From assembly GCA_965221125.1 (NCBI GenBank), contig CBDCRW010000002.1:96001-160000 (forward strand): 64,000 nucleotides of DNA, in the 5' to 3' direction. The translations under genes were made by a program, and so were the position numbers. The notes beneath the pieces were generated by a model. That model ran no database searches. It had not been told where the DNA came from and saw only the letters and a list, made by a program, of their open reading frames with translations. Shown here piece after piece: positions 9,139 to 19,897 of this stretch. This stretch comes from Alphaproteobacteria bacterium. Lineage in GTDB: Bacteria; Pseudomonadota; Alphaproteobacteria; UBA828. Every line of letters starts with the position of its first letter. Position 1 is the first letter of the stretch.

Positions 9139-11289
9139 GTGATCCGGCAATACGAACTCGTCGAGCGCGTCAAGAGCTACGAGCCCGCCGCGGACGAAGC
9201 TCTGCTGAACCGCGCCTACGTCTTCTCGATGAAGGCGCACGGCACGCAGACCCGCGCCAGCGGCGACCCCTATTTCGCCCATCCCATCGAGGTCGCCGGC
9301 ATCCTGACCGAGCTCAAGCTCGACAGCACGTCGATCGCGACCGCGCTGCTCCACGACACCGTGGAGGACACGGGTGCCACGGTCGAGGAAATCGGCTCGC
9401 TGTTCGGCGAGGAGACCGCGCGGCTGGTCGACGGCGTGACCAAGCTGGGCCGGCTGGAGCTTCAGTCGGACCAGGCCCATCAGGCCGAGAACCTGCGCAA
9501 GTTCCTGCTGGCCCTCTCGGAGGATATCCGCGTCCTCCTCGTCAAGCTCGCGGACCGCCTGCACAACATGCGCACCCTCCATTTCGTACCCGACGAGAAG
9601 AAGCGCCAGCGGATCGCCCGGGAAACGATGGAGATCTATGCGCCGCTGGCGGAGCGCATCGGGCTTCAGGCCTTCAAGGCGGAGCTCGAAGACCTCGCCT
9701 TCAAGGAGCTGAACCCCACCGGCTTCCAGACCATGGAAGCGCGGCTCGAGGCCCTCCGCGCCGAAGCCGGCGGCATGGTGGACCGGGTCACCGAGTCGCT
9801 GACCGAGACGCTCCGCAACCAGCGGCTGCGGGCCGGCGTCTCGGGCCGCGAGAAGCGCCCCTACTCCATCTGGGAGAAGATGCAGCGCAAGAAGCTGGCC
9901 TTCGAGCAGCTCACCGACATCGTCGGCTTTCGCGTCGTCACCGAGAGCGAGGAGGACTGCTACCGGGCGCTCGGCATCGTGCACCGCGCCTACCCGATGG
10001 TGCCCGGCCGCTTCAAGGACTACATCTCGACGCCCAAGCCCAACGGCTACCGCTCGCTCCACACCACGGTGATCGGGCCCGAGCAGCGCCGCATCGAGAT
10101 CCAGATCCGCACGCGCGACATGCACGAGGAGGCGGAGTACGGCGTCGCCGCCCACTGGGTCTTCAAGCAGGCGGGCGACGTGCACGACGACCGGCAGCAG
10201 CGCTGGCTGCGCCCGCTGCTCGAAATCCTCGACAAGGCCTCCGGGCCCGAGGAGCTGCTGGAGCACGCCAAGCTAGAGATGTTCCAGGACGAGGTGTTCT
10301 GCTTCTCGCCGCGCGGCGCGCTCATCACGCTGCCGCTGGGGGCCACGCCGGTGGATTTCGCCTATGCGGTGCACACCGACGTGGGCGATACGACCGTCGG
10401 CGCCAAGGTCAACGGGCGCATGGTGCCGCTCTGGACCCGGCTCGAGAACGGCGATCAGGTGGAGATCCTGCGCTCCCGCGTGCCCCAGCCGCAGCCGGCC
10501 TGGGAGCGCTTCGTCGTGACCGGCAAGGCGCGGACCTGCATCCGCCGCTTCACCCGGCTGAAGGAGCGCGAGCAGTTCATCGCCCTCGGCCAGGCCGTCG
10601 CCGAAAAGCTCTGCCGCGAGGCCGGCTCGGATTATTCGGAAGCGCTGCTTGAGGGCGCGCTCTCCCGCCTCAAGCAGCGCTCCGTCGGCGACCTGCTGGC
10701 CGCGCTCGGGCGCGGCGACCTCACCAGCGGCGAGGTCGCGGACGCGCTCTTCCCGGCCCGCATGATCCAGGGCATCGCGCGCCGCGCGCTCTCGGTCGCG
10801 CGCGGCCGGCGGGGCACCAAGGCCGGCGACGTCGGCATCCCCGTGCGCGGGCTGATCCCCGGCATGGCCGTCCACCTCGCCGAGTGCTGCAACCCGCTGC
10901 CGGGCGAGCGCATCGTCGGCATCGTGACTACGGGCAAGGGCGTCACCATCCACACCATCGACTGCGACACGCTGGAGAGTTTCGGCGACACGCCGGAGCG
11001 CTGGCTCGACCTCTCCTGGGAGGCGGACGCGGAGGAGAAGGGCATCCACGTCGGCCGCCTCAACCTCGTGGTCGCCAACGAGACCGGCAGCCTCAGCAAG
11101 CTCACCACGGCGATCGCCAGGAACAAGGGCAACATCAGCAACCTGAAGATCACCAAGCGCTCGCTGGATTTCTTCGAGATGCTGGTCGATGTCGAGGTCA
11201 AGGACGTGCGCCATCTCGGCAACATCGTGGCGGCCCTGCGCGCGGTGACGACGGTGAGCAGCGTCGAGCGCGAACGCGCCCGGCATTAG
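9139..11289 (+). CDS. spoT: Bifunctional (p)ppGpp synthetase/hydrolase
   Basis: HD domain (LLHDTVED), KLADRLHNMRTL, PKPNGYRSLHT, TGS and ACT domains; follows rpoZ. Confidence 0.96.
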   Translation: MIRQYELVERVKSYEPAADEALLNRAYVFSMKAHGTQTRASGDPYFAHPIEVAGILTELKLDSTSIATALLHDTVEDTGATVEEIGSLFGEETARLVDGVTKLGRLELQSDQAHQAENLRKFLLALSEDIRVLLVKLADRLHNMRTLHFVPDEKKRQRIARETMEIYAPLAERIGLQAFKAELEDLAFKELNPTGFQTMEARLEALRAEAGGMVDRVTESLTETLRNQRLRAGVSGREKRPYSIWEKMQRKKLAFEQLTDIVGFRVVTESEEDCYRALGIVHRAYPMVPGRFKDYISTPKPNGYRSLHTTVIGPEQRRIEIQIRTRDMHEEAEYGVAAHWVFKQAGDVHDDRQQRWLRPLLEILDKASGPEELLEHAKLEMFQDEVFCFSPRGALITLPLGATPVDFAYAVHTDVGDTTVGAKVNGRMVPLWTRLENGDQVEILRSRVPQPQPAWERFVVTGKARTCIRRFTRLKEREQFIALGQAVAEKLCREAGSDYSEALLEGALSRLKQRSVGDLLAALGRGDLTSGEVADALFPARMIQGIARRALSVARGRRGTKAGDVGIPVRGLIPGMAVHLAECCNPLPGERIVGIVTTGKGVTIHTIDCDTLESFGDTPERWLDLSWEADAEEKGIHVGRLNLVVANETGSLSKLTTAIARNKGNISNLKITKRSLDFFEMLVDVEVKDVRHLGNIVAALRAVTTVSSVERERARH

Positions 11290-11471
11290 GGCGCGTCCGA
11301 CTTTAACGGACGCGCCCTAGCCCTAGGCCGCGACGGCGGCCCGCCGCGTATGCGGCGCACATTGCGCGCCCCTGCGCGCGTGGCCGCACGACGCGGAGGC
11401 GCCGGCCAAGGGCCGGCTGCCGTGAGCGACAAAGAGTCAGATCGTTCCCGTGCAGAACGGATACGCTCCAG
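11287..11471 (-). repeat. Dispersed multi-hairpin intergenic element, copy B
   Basis: Perfect hairpin TAGGGCGCGTCCG-N7-CGGACGCGCCCTA beginning at the spoT stop; contains GCTGCCGTGAGCGA (reverse complement of the core). Confidence 0.9.
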
Positions 11472-11617
11472 CCATTGAACCCGGCCCGAGCGGCCGGGTT
11501 ACGAGGCTCGGCCTGCGGGCGCCGGGGTCACGCCAAATTGAGTAATTCCGGCGCCGGCCTTATATTCCACGCGCCCTGGCCGCATGGCGGCACGGGGCCA
11601 ACGAGGAGGGAGATGGG

Positions 11618-12952
11618 GTGTCTCAGCCACGCCAGACGAGTCTCGCCGGCGGCAGCGACGCGGCGCCCGGCGCCGTGCTGACCGACCGCGACAGCGGGGG
11701 TACGGTCGAGCTGCCGGTCCTCGAAGGGACGATGGGCCCTCCGGTGATCGACATTCGCGCGCTCTACGCCGGCACGGGCAAGTTCTCCTACGATCCCGGC
11801 TACACCGCCACGGGCTCCTGCAAGTCGAGGATCACCTATATCGACGGCGAAGAGGGCGTGCTGCTGCACCGCGGCTACCCCATCGAAGAGCTGGCCGGGC
11901 ACAGCGACTTTCTCGAGGTCTCCTACCTGCTGCTCCGTGGCGAGCTGCCGAACGCGGCGGAGAAGGACAAATTCGTCAGCACCATCACCAAGCACACGAT
12001 GGTGCACGAGCAGATCAACTACCTCTACCGGGGGTTCCGCCGCGATTCCCACCCGATGGCGGTGATGATCGGCGTCGTCGGCGCGCTCGCCGCCTTCTAT
12101 CACGACACCACCGATATCGACGATGCGAAGCAGCGCATGATCGCCTCGCACCGGCTGATCGCGAAGATGCCGACCTTCGCAGCGATGGCCTACAAGTACA
12201 GCATCGGCCAGCCGTTCGTGTATCCGCGCAACGACCTCACCTACGCCGAGAACTTCCTGCACATGATGTTCGCGGTGCCGTGCGAGGTCTACGAAATCAA
12301 CCCGATCCACGCGCGCGCCATGGACCGCCTCCTGATCCTCCACGCGGACCACGAGCAGAACGCGTCCACGTCCACGGTGCGCCTCGCCGGCTCTTCCGGC
12401 GCCAATCCCTATGCCTGCATCGCAGCCGGCATCGCGACGCTGTGGGGGCCGGCCCACGGCGGCGCCAACGAGGCCGTGCTGCAGATGCTGGAGGAGATCG
12501 GCACGGTCGACAACATCCCGGGCTTCATTGCGCGGGCGAAGGACAAGGACGACCCCTTCCGGCTCATGGGCTTCGGCCACCGGGTCTACAAGAACTACGA
12601 CCCGCGGGCGACGGTCATGCGCGAGACCTGCCACGAGGTGCTCGACGACCTCGGCATCAGCGACGAGCTGCTCAGGATCGCCATGGAGCTGGAGCGGATC
12701 GCGCTGGAGGACGCGTACTTCGTCGACCGCAAGCTCTACCCCAACGTCGACTTCTACTCGGGCCTGATCCTGCAGGCACTCGGCATCCCGACGCATCTCT
12801 TCACGGTGATCTTCGCGCTGGCGCGCACCGTCGGCTGGGTCGCCCAGTGGAACGAGATGATCGCGGATCCGGAGCAGAAGATCGGCCGCCCGCGCCAGCT
12901 CTACACCGGCCCGGCCCGGCGCAGCTTCGTCCCCCTGCACGAGCGGGGCTAG
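11618..12952 (+). CDS. gltA: Citrate synthase (type II)
   Basis: [49 protein letters not shown]. Confidence 0.97.
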   Translation: MSQPRQTSLAGGSDAAPGAVLTDRDSGGTVELPVLEGTMGPPVIDIRALYAGTGKFSYDPGYTATGSCKSRITYIDGEEGVLLHRGYPIEELAGHSDFLEVSYLLLRGELPNAAEKDKFVSTITKHTMVHEQINYLYRGFRRDSHPMAVMIGVVGALAAFYHDTTDIDDAKQRMIASHRLIAKMPTFAAMAYKYSIGQPFVYPRNDLTYAENFLHMMFAVPCEVYEINPIHARAMDRLLILHADHEQNASTSTVRLAGSSGANPYACIAAGIATLWGPAHGGANEAVLQMLEEIGTVDNIPGFIARAKDKDDPFRLMGFGHRVYKNYDPRATVMRETCHEVLDDLGISDELLRIAMELERIALEDAYFVDRKLYPNVDFYSGLILQALGIPTHLFTVIFALARTVGWVAQWNEMIADPEQKIGRPRQLYTGPARRSFVPLHERG

Positions 12953-13131
12953 CCCGTATTTCTCACCAAGGTCATGGTCTGCGCGGCGCTATCCGGCCGA
13001 CAGGCAAGGAGAGGCGCGCAGGCACCCGCCGCGACCGGGGCGATGGCGGGGCCATGCGCGACGCCCCAGCCGCAGCCTTCGTGCCAGGCGAGGGCGGCAT
13101 CCTCCACCACGGATTCGGTGATCGCGCTCAC
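12949..13131 (-). pseudogene. hsdR: Remnant of type I restriction endonuclease subunit R (first ~30 codons recognisable)
   Basis: [29 protein letters not shown] resembles HsdR N-termini; GTG start overlaps the vapC stop; sequence degenerates afterwards. Confidence 0.6.
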
Positions 13132-13547
13132 AACGGGCGCCACGGGTCGATCACGTCAAGGCCGAGACCGTCGAAGTCGCGGACGTTTCGGGTCGCGACC
13201 GACAGATCGTTCGCGCCGGCGGTTCCGGCGATGAGCGCGTCCCCCAGGTCCAGGACGCGGCCCGAGCGATGCGCCCGCGCCCTCAAGGCGGCGGCTTGGC
13301 GCGCTTCCGAACGGCCCACGGGCAGGATTCGATCCTCGTATTCCGTCACGAACGCCGACAATGCGGCGCTTATGCCGTCGCGGCGGCGTCCCGGCGGGAG
13401 GAGGCCGACGCCGAAATCCAGCTCGTGCAGGACAACGGCCGACAGCCACAGGTTGTCATGTCCGGCGAGGAAGGCGAGAACCCGCGAGTCCGGCGTCTCC
13501 CTCGTCAGCTCGGACACCACGTTCGTGTCGAGGAGCACCCCGGTCAT
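13128..13547 (-). CDS. vapC: VapC-family PIN-domain toxin
   Basis: [30 protein letters not shown]. Confidence 0.92.
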   Translation of the reverse strand: MTGVLLDTNVVSELTRETPDSRVLAFLAGHDNLWLSAVVLHELDFGVGLLPPGRRRDGISAALSAFVTEYEDRILPVGRSEARQAAALRARAHRSGRVLDLGDALIAGTAGANDLSVATRNVRDFDGLGLDVIDPWRPL

Positions 13548-13828
13548 TCAGCCGTGCCGGCCGCGAACGGTATCTCTCTCCGGGATTTCCGATCCTTGGG
13601 GATGTCGAGGGCCGTGCCGCGGGGCATGTTGTCGACCAGCCATTGCCCCATGGGCCGACGAGGCGGCGAGTTCGCGTACCACGCACCGGCGGGCACGACC
13701 ACGAAGGACCGCCTCATGCCGATATGCTGAGGTCCCTCCTCCTCGGCCAGGCGCAGGACTTCGGACAGCCGCGCCTTGGCCTGAGCGACGGTCCATACCC
13801 GGCGAGGTTCGGGACGACGACCGGCCAT
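13544..13828 (-). CDS. Phd/YefM-family antitoxin
   Basis: WTVAQAKARLSEVLRLAEEEGPQ; RBS GGAGG; ATGA overlap with vapC. Confidence 0.85.
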   Translation of the reverse strand: MAGRRPEPRRVWTVAQAKARLSEVLRLAEEEGPQHIGMRRSFVVVPAGAWYANSPPRRPMGQWLVDNMPRGTALDIPKDRKSRREIPFAAGTAE

Positions 13829-13852
13829 GTTTCCTCCGGACGAACGAATGTA

Positions 13853-13865
13853 GTCTATCATAGAC
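13853..13865. promoter_or_regulatory. Palindrome upstream of the antitoxin, probable TA autoregulatory operator
   Basis: GTCTAT-C-ATAGAC about 25 bp upstream of the antitoxin start. Confidence 0.5.
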
Positions 13866-14043
13866 CATGTCGTAATCGGCGTCAACGATGTCGGGGCCGT
13901 GCGCGACCTTCCAGCGCGCTGACCACGAGCGCGGGCATGGCGAAATTGGGGGCAGACCCGGAACAAATTTTGTTCAACCTTTGCGAAAGGTTGGACAATC
14001 GGGGGTCATACCCCATTGAGACATAAAGGAAATAAGAAATGAA

Positions 14044-14119
14044 TGGCGTCCCCAGGGGGACTCGAACCCCCGTTTCCGGCGTGAGAGGCCGGTGTCCTAG
14101 GCCGCTAGACGATGGGGAC
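14044..14119 (-). tRNA. tRNA-Glu (CTC)
   Basis: Reverse complement GTCCCCATCGTCTAGCGGCCTAGGACA-CCGGC-CTCTCAC-GCCGG..GGTTCGAGTCC..GGGGACGCCA; encoded CCA. Confidence 0.97.
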
Positions 14120-14310
14120 GCGGCCCACGGGAGATAACCCAGAAAGGCCGCAAACTCAACCGCCGGTGGGACACCGCCGGTGGGGACGCCGGCGGGGGCG
14201 CTGGCGGGCTCGGGTCTGCGGGCGGCCCGGTCCGCATTTCCCATCGTGCGCGAGGACGTTTGGGATATCGTGTACCCGGCGGCGCTACAGCCGGGAGGAG
14301 GCGGTTCCCT

Positions 14311-15336
14311 GTGTTCGAGGAGCTGGGGTTCGAGGAGCTGACGCCGATCGGGGCGTCGGTGCTGCTGGGCCTGGTGCTGGGCTCTGCCTACGGCGCGCTG
14401 GCGCAGCGGAGCGCCTTCTGCCTGCGGCGCAGCCTGGTGGGCCAGTGGCGCGACTGCCTGCCGGCTCTGGGGACCTGGGTGATGGCGCTGGCGTGCGCGA
14501 TCGCCGGCACGCGCGTGGCGGTCGCCTTCGACCTGATCTCCTTCGACGCGCACCGCTTCCTCGCGGCCGACCTCCCGGTCGCGTCCGTGCTGCTCGGGGG
14601 CGCGCTGTTCGGCGCCGGCATGGTGCTGGCGGGCGGCTGCGTCTCGCGCCTCACGGTGCTCGTCGGCAGCGGCAATCTGCGCGCCCTGCTCGTCCTGATG
14701 GTCTTTGCCGTCACCGCCCATGCGGTGATGAAGGGGGCGCTCGCGCCGATCCGCGAGGCGCTTGGCGACGCGACCCTCCCCGGCGGCGCGGCGACGGCGC
14801 TCTCGGCCTGGCCCGGCGGCGAGGTCTGGCCGCTCGTCATCGCGGGCGGCGCGTTTCTCTTCGCGCTCTTCTCCCGCGCGCCGATCGCCCATCTGGCCAT
14901 GGCGGGCGCGATCGGGCTGCTGGTGCCGCTCGGCTGGATCGGCACGGGCTTCGTGCTGGTGGACGATTTCGACCCGATCCCCGTGCAGTCCATGGGCTTC
15001 ACGGGGCCGATGGCGGACACGCTCTTCTGGGCCGTGGCGGCGACCTCCATTCCGGCCGGCTTCGGCACCGGCCTTGCAGCGGGCGTCCTGCTCGGCAGCC
15101 TCGCCGCGGCGCTGGCGGCCGGCGAGTTCCGCTGGCAGAGCCTGGAAGGGCCGCGGCAGACCGGGCGCTACCTCGCCGGCGCCGTGATGATGGGGGTGGG
15201 CGGCGTGCTGGCCGGCGGCTGCACGGTGGGCGCCGGCCTCTCCGGCGTGTCAACGGCAAGCCTCGCAGCCCTGCTCGCGCTCGCCGCCATGGCCGTCTCG
15301 GCGCGCGCCGTCGGCGTGCTCCTCGCCGCGCGCTAG
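14311..15336 (+). CDS. YeeE/YedE (sulfur-compound transport) family membrane protein
   Basis: QRSAFCLR, GGALFGAGMVLAGGC, MGVGGVLAGGCTVGAGLSG. Confidence 0.88.
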   Translation: MFEELGFEELTPIGASVLLGLVLGSAYGALAQRSAFCLRRSLVGQWRDCLPALGTWVMALACAIAGTRVAVAFDLISFDAHRFLAADLPVASVLLGGALFGAGMVLAGGCVSRLTVLVGSGNLRALLVLMVFAVTAHAVMKGALAPIREALGDATLPGGAATALSAWPGGEVWPLVIAGGAFLFALFSRAPIAHLAMAGAIGLLVPLGWIGTGFVLVDDFDPIPVQSMGFTGPMADTLFWAVAATSIPAGFGTGLAAGVLLGSLAAALAAGEFRWQSLEGPRQTGRYLAGAVMMGVGGVLAGGCTVGAGLSGVSTASLAALLALAAMAVSARAVGVLLAAR

Positions 15337-15349
15337 AGCCGCGCTCTAG
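15333..15349. repeat. Mini palindrome CTAGAGC-CGC-GCTCTAG at the yeeE stop, possible collapsed relative of the dispersed element
   Basis: Same TAGAGC..GCTCTA termini as the solo hairpin at 60932-60964. Confidence 0.5.
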
Positions 15350-15355
15350 CCCGGC

Positions 15356-16351
15356 TCAGGCGTTCACGTCGACGACGACGCGGCCGCGTACGCCGCCGTC
15401 CAGGATGTCGTTGGCCCGCGCCACCACCTGATCGAGCGGCACCACCTCGGTCATCGCGTCGAGCGCGTCGCGCGGCAGGTCTTGCGCGAGCCGCTGCCAG
15501 GCCTCGCTGCGGGGCGCGGCCGGGCACATGACGGAATCGATGCCGATCAGGCTCACGCCCCGCAGGATGAAGGGCATGACCGTGGTCTTGAGGCCGGGGC
15601 CGCCGGCGAGGCCGCAGGCCGCGACTGCGCCGCCGTAGCGGGTCTCGGCGAGGACGTGGGCCAGCATCGCGCCGCCCACCGAATCCACGGCGCCGGCCCA
15701 GTGCTCGGAGAGCAGCGGCTTCTCGGGCGCCTCCGCCCGCTTGCCGCGGGGCAGCACCTCGCTCGCGCCGAGGCCGGTGAGATAGTCGCGGCATTCGGGC
15801 CGGCCGGAGATGGCGGCGACTTCGTAGCCGAGGCGCGCCAGCAGGGCGACCGAGACGCTGCCGACGCCGCCCGCAGCCCCGGTGACCGCCACCGGGCCCG
15901 CATCCTTGGCGACTCCCGCGCGCTCCAGCGCGATGACGCAGAGCATCGCCGTGAAGCCCGCCGTGCCGATGGCCATGGCCCACTTCGTGTCGCAGCCCTC
16001 GGGCAACGGCTGCAGCATGCGCGCCGGCACCCGCGCCCGCTGGGCGAAGCCGCCGGGGTGCCGCTCGCCGACGCCCCAGCCGGTGAGCACCACGGCCTGC
16101 CCCGGCGCGAAGTCCGGCGAGTCGCTGCTCTCCACCGTGCCGGCGAAATCGATCCCCGCGGTCATCGGGGGCCGCCTGATGATGGGCGCGCGCCCGGTCA
16201 GCGCCAGGCCGTCCTTGTAGTTGAGGCACGAGTAGTCGATGCGCACCGTCACCTCGCCTTCCGGCAGGTCGGCCTCGGCGAGTGTCCTGATCTCGGCGAC
16301 GACGCCGTCCTCTGTCCGATCGACGACGAGCGCCCGGTAGCTGTCTGTCAT
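15356..16351 (-). CDS. acuI: Acryloyl-CoA reductase AcuI/YhdH-family MDR oxidoreductase
   Basis: [52 protein letters not shown]. Confidence 0.85.
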   Translation of the reverse strand: MTDSYRALVVDRTEDGVVAEIRTLAEADLPEGEVTVRIDYSCLNYKDGLALTGRAPIIRRPPMTAGIDFAGTVESSDSPDFAPGQAVVLTGWGVGERHPGGFAQRARVPARMLQPLPEGCDTKWAMAIGTAGFTAMLCVIALERAGVAKDAGPVAVTGAAGGVGSVSVALLARLGYEVAAISGRPECRDYLTGLGASEVLPRGKRAEAPEKPLLSEHWAGAVDSVGGAMLAHVLAETRYGGAVAACGLAGGPGLKTTVMPFILRGVSLIGIDSVMCPAAPRSEAWQRLAQDLPRDALDAMTEVVPLDQVVARANDILDGGVRGRVVVDVNA

Positions 16352-16434
16352 TGCTCTGTCCCACCCCGTCTCGCGTGGCCCGTCTCATATCCGGCCCGGC
16401 GGGGCGAGGCAACCGTGGCGGACGTGCGCCCTGC

Positions 16435-16462
16435 TTGACAGGCGAAGCGCCCCGGCTAGAGT
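16435..16462 (+). promoter_or_regulatory. Putative sigma70 promoter of thrS
   Basis: TTGACA-N16-TAGAGT. Confidence 0.55.
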
Positions 16463-16503
16463 GCCGCGACTTCCGGGGCAGCCAAGGATTCGACACCGCC
16501 GCC

Positions 16504-18444
16504 ATGCCGACACTCTCGTTGCCGGACGGCGCGGCGCGCTCGTTCGACGCCCCCGTCACCGGCGCCGACCTCGCAGCAGCGATCGGCCCCGGCCTCGCCA
16601 AGGCGGCCCTCTTGATCGAGGTCGATGGCGAGCTGTGGGATCTCTCCCGGCCCATCGAGAACGACGCGGCGGTGCGCATCGTCACCGCGCGCGACGAGGA
16701 CGCGCTCGAGGTGCTGCGTCACGATTCCGCGCACCTGCTGGCCGAGGCGGTCAAGGAGCTGTACCCGGACGTCCAGGTGACCATCGGCCCCGCCATCGAG
16801 GACGGCTTCTACTACGACTTCGCCCGCGACGAGCCCTTCACGCCGGACGATCTGGAAGAGATCGAGGCGCGCATGGCCGAGATCAGGGCGCGCGACGAGA
16901 CGGTGGAGCGCGAGGTGTGGTCGCGGGACGACGCGGTCGCGCTGTTCCAGGACATGGGCGAGCTTTACAAGGCGGAGCTGATCGCGGCGATCCCCGACGG
17001 CGAGCCGATCACGCTCTATCGCCAGGGCGGCTTCGTCGACCTCTGTCGCGGGCCCCACCTGCCGTCCACCGGCAAGGTCGGCGCCTTCAAGCTGCTCAAG
17101 GTCGCCGGCGCCTACTGGCGGGGCGATGCGCGGAACGAGATGCTCCAGCGCATCTACGGCACCGCCTGGCCGGACCAGAAGCAGCTCAAGGCCTACCTGC
17201 ACCGGCTCGAGGAGGCCGAGAAGCGCGACCACCGCCGCCTCGGCCGCGAGATGAACCTCTTCCACTTTCAGGAGGAGGCGCCGGGCTCGGCATTCTGGCA
17301 CCCGAAGGGATGGACCCTCTTCCGCACGCTGGTCGACTACATGCGGGCGCGCCAGGATGCCGCCGGCTACCACGAGGTCAGCACGCCGGACATGATGGAC
17401 AGCGTGCTCTGGGAGGCGTCGGGCCACTGGCAGACCTTCCGCGAGCACATGTTCACCTCGCAGACCGAGGACGGCCGGCACTACGCCATCAAGCCGATGA
17501 ACTGCCCGGGCCACGTGCAGGTCTACAAGCGCGGCATCAAGAGCTACCGCGACCTGCCGCTCCGCATCTCGGAGTTCGGCAAGGTCCACCGCTACGAGCC
17601 CTCGGGCGCGCTGCACGGCCTGCTCCGCGTGCGCGCCTTCAGCCAGGACGACGCGCACATCTTCTGCACGCCGGAGCAGACCGAGGCCGAGTGCCGGGGC
17701 GTGACCGAGCTCTGCCTCGACATCTACCGCGACTTCGGCTTCGAGGACGTGCACATCAAGTTCGCCGACCGGCCGCCCAAGCGGATCGGCGCGGACGAGG
17801 TGTGGGACCGGCTCGAGGCGGCGCTCAAGGGCGCGTTGGAGAGCATGGGGATCGACTACAGCCACAACCCCGGCGAAGGCGCCTTCTACGGGCCGAAGCT
17901 CGAATTCGTGCTGCGCGACGCCATCGGCCGCGAGTGGCAGTGCGGCACGCTCCAGGTCGACCTCAACCTGCCGGAGCGCCTCGACGCGGTCTACGTCGGC
18001 GAGGACGGTGCGCGCCACCGGCCGGTGATGCTGCACCGGGCGCTGTTCGGCTCGCTCGAGCGCTTCATCGGCATCCTGCTGGAAAACTACAGCGGCCGCC
18101 TGCCGCTCTGGCTCTCGCCCACGCACGCCGTCGTGGCCACCATCACCGACCAGTCCGTCGACTACGCGAAGACGGTGAGCCGGCGCCTGCAGGCCGGCGG
18201 GCTGCGGGTCGAGACGGACCTGCGCAACGAGAAGATCGGCTACAAGGTGCGCGAGCACAGCGCAGCCAAGATCCCGCTGATCCTCGCCGTCGGCGCGCGG
18301 GAGGCCGAGCAGGGCACGGTCTCGATCCGCCGGCTCGGCTCCAGGGATCAAGAAAATCTTGCGCTGGACGAGGCCGTCACTACACTTTGCCGGCAAGCGG
18401 CCAGTCCGATTGTCAGGCGGGCCGCCCAGGAGGGCACGGGTTGA
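16504..18444 (+). CDS. thrS: Threonine--tRNA ligase
   Basis: TGS domain, [48 protein letters not shown]. Confidence 0.98.
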   Translation: MPTLSLPDGAARSFDAPVTGADLAAAIGPGLAKAALLIEVDGELWDLSRPIENDAAVRIVTARDEDALEVLRHDSAHLLAEAVKELYPDVQVTIGPAIEDGFYYDFARDEPFTPDDLEEIEARMAEIRARDETVEREVWSRDDAVALFQDMGELYKAELIAAIPDGEPITLYRQGGFVDLCRGPHLPSTGKVGAFKLLKVAGAYWRGDARNEMLQRIYGTAWPDQKQLKAYLHRLEEAEKRDHRRLGREMNLFHFQEEAPGSAFWHPKGWTLFRTLVDYMRARQDAAGYHEVSTPDMMDSVLWEASGHWQTFREHMFTSQTEDGRHYAIKPMNCPGHVQVYKRGIKSYRDLPLRISEFGKVHRYEPSGALHGLLRVRAFSQDDAHIFCTPEQTEAECRGVTELCLDIYRDFGFEDVHIKFADRPPKRIGADEVWDRLEAALKGALESMGIDYSHNPGEGAFYGPKLEFVLRDAIGREWQCGTLQVDLNLPERLDAVYVGEDGARHRPVMLHRALFGSLERFIGILLENYSGRLPLWLSPTHAVVATITDQSVDYAKTVSRRLQAGGLRVETDLRNEKIGYKVREHSAAKIPLILAVGAREAEQGTVSIRRLGSRDQENLALDEAVTTLCRQAASPIVRRAAQEGTG

Positions 18445-18509
18445 CGAAGCCACACCGTCCATGACGACGCTGTCAGGCCGCCCCGCGCCACGATGAAGGG
18501 AGGCGGAGG

Positions 18510-19046
18510 ATAGCGAGACATCCGGTCGCGGCACCACCGACGCGTGAAGGACCGCGCGTCAATGACGACATCCAGGCGGCGAATGTCCGCCTCATCGATC
18601 AGAACGGAGGGCAGGTCGGCGTAGTCGCCGTTGAGCGCGCGTTGGAGCTCGCGGACGAGACGGGGCTCGACCTGGTCGAGGTTGCGCCGGACGCGGAGCC
18701 GCCGGTCTGCAAGCTCCTCGACTTCGGCAAGTACAAGTACGAGGCCCAGAAGAAGGCCAGCGAAGCCCGCAAGAAGCAAAAGACGATCGACATCAAGGAG
18801 GTCAAGTTCCGGCCCGGCATCGACGACGCCGACTACGAGGTCAAGCTGCGCAACATCCGGCGCTTCCTGGACGAGGGCGACAAGGTCAAGGTGACCATGC
18901 GCTTTCGCGGACGCGAGATGGTGCACCAGAACATCGGCATGGACGTGCTTGCGCGCGTGCGCGATGACCTCGGCGAGCAGGCGAAGGTCGAGCAGATGCC
19001 GAAGATGGAGGGCCGCCAGATGACCATGGTCATGACCCGCAAGTAG
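18510..19046 (+). CDS. infC: Translation initiation factor IF-3 (non-canonical ATA start)
   Basis: In-frame ATA 6 nt after GGGAGG; [36 protein letters not shown]. Confidence 0.93.
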   Translation: MARHPVAAPPTREGPRVNDDIQAANVRLIDQNGGQVGVVAVERALELADETGLDLVEVAPDAEPPVCKLLDFGKYKYEAQKKASEARKKQKTIDIKEVKFRPGIDDADYEVKLRNIRRFLDEGDKVKVTMRFRGREMVHQNIGMDVLARVRDDLGEQAKVEQMPKMEGRQMTMVMTRK

Positions 19047-19072
19047 GCGCCCGGCGGGCACGGAAGCCTGCA

Positions 19073-19522
19073 ATGCCCACGTGGAAACGCCTTCTCATCG
19101 CGTGGCTCTTCGTCCCGGTGCACCATTTCCTGTTCCGCCTCTCGGGCGGCCGCGTCCTCGGCAGTCTGGAAGGCACCGGGGTCCTCGTGCTCGTCACGAG
19201 AGGCCGCAAGAGCGGTGAGCCGCGCTCGTCGCCCCTGCTGTACTTCCAGTTCGAGGTTGCCGGCGACCTCATTGTCATCGCTTCGAACTACGGCCAGGAC
19301 CGCCATCCCGCGTGGTACTTGAACGTCGCCGCCGACCCGATCGTATCCGTCGAGACCCGCGGCGAGCGCTTCGAGGCCGAGGCCCGCATAACCCAGGGAG
19401 AGGAACGCACTGCGCTCTACGACAGAGTGGTTGCGGCAAATCCACGCTACGCCACCTACCGCGCCAGCACGCGCCGCCAGATCCCCGTCGTCGCGCTCCG
19501 CCGCGCCCGGCCGTCGGCCTGA
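19073..19522 (+). CDS. Deazaflavin (F420H2)-dependent nitroreductase/quinone reductase family (Ddn-like)
   Basis: GRKSGEPRSSPL, ASNYGQDRHPAWYLN, YRASTRRQIPVVAL. Confidence 0.85.
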   Translation: MPTWKRLLIAWLFVPVHHFLFRLSGGRVLGSLEGTGVLVLVTRGRKSGEPRSSPLLYFQFEVAGDLIVIASNYGQDRHPAWYLNVAADPIVSVETRGERFEAEARITQGEERTALYDRVVAANPRYATYRASTRRQIPVVALRRARPSA

Positions 19523-19678
19523 GGGGCAGCCGGGGAGGACGCAGGCTTTCGCCCGCGTGTCTCTGCGGCTTCCGGGATACCCGCCTACGCCCTTGAAACC
19601 TGCGGGCGCAGCGAGTAAAAGGGCGCGCGCCCGGCGCCCCCTCTTCACCCGAGAAACGACGAGAAACGCGAGACGCTT

Positions 19679-19876
19679 ATGTCCAAGCTCAAGTCCAAGA
19701 GCAGCGCCAAGAAGCGGTTCTCCGCCACGGGGCGCGGCAAGCTCCGCCGGCGCACGGCCTTCCACCGGCACAACCTGACCAAGCGCGCGAAGAAAGTGAA
19801 GCGCAACCAGCGCGGAGCGAAGACGCTGTCCGCGTCGGATGCGGCGATCGTGCGGCCGTTCCTGCCTTATCTCTGA
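19679..19876 (+). CDS. rpmI: 50S ribosomal protein L35
   Basis: [22 protein letters not shown]. Confidence 0.95.
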   Translation: MSKLKSKSSAKKRFSATGRGKLRRRTAFHRHNLTKRAKKVKRNQRGAKTLSASDAAIVRPFLPYL

Positions 19877-19897
19877 GCGCGGCGGAGGACTCCTCGA

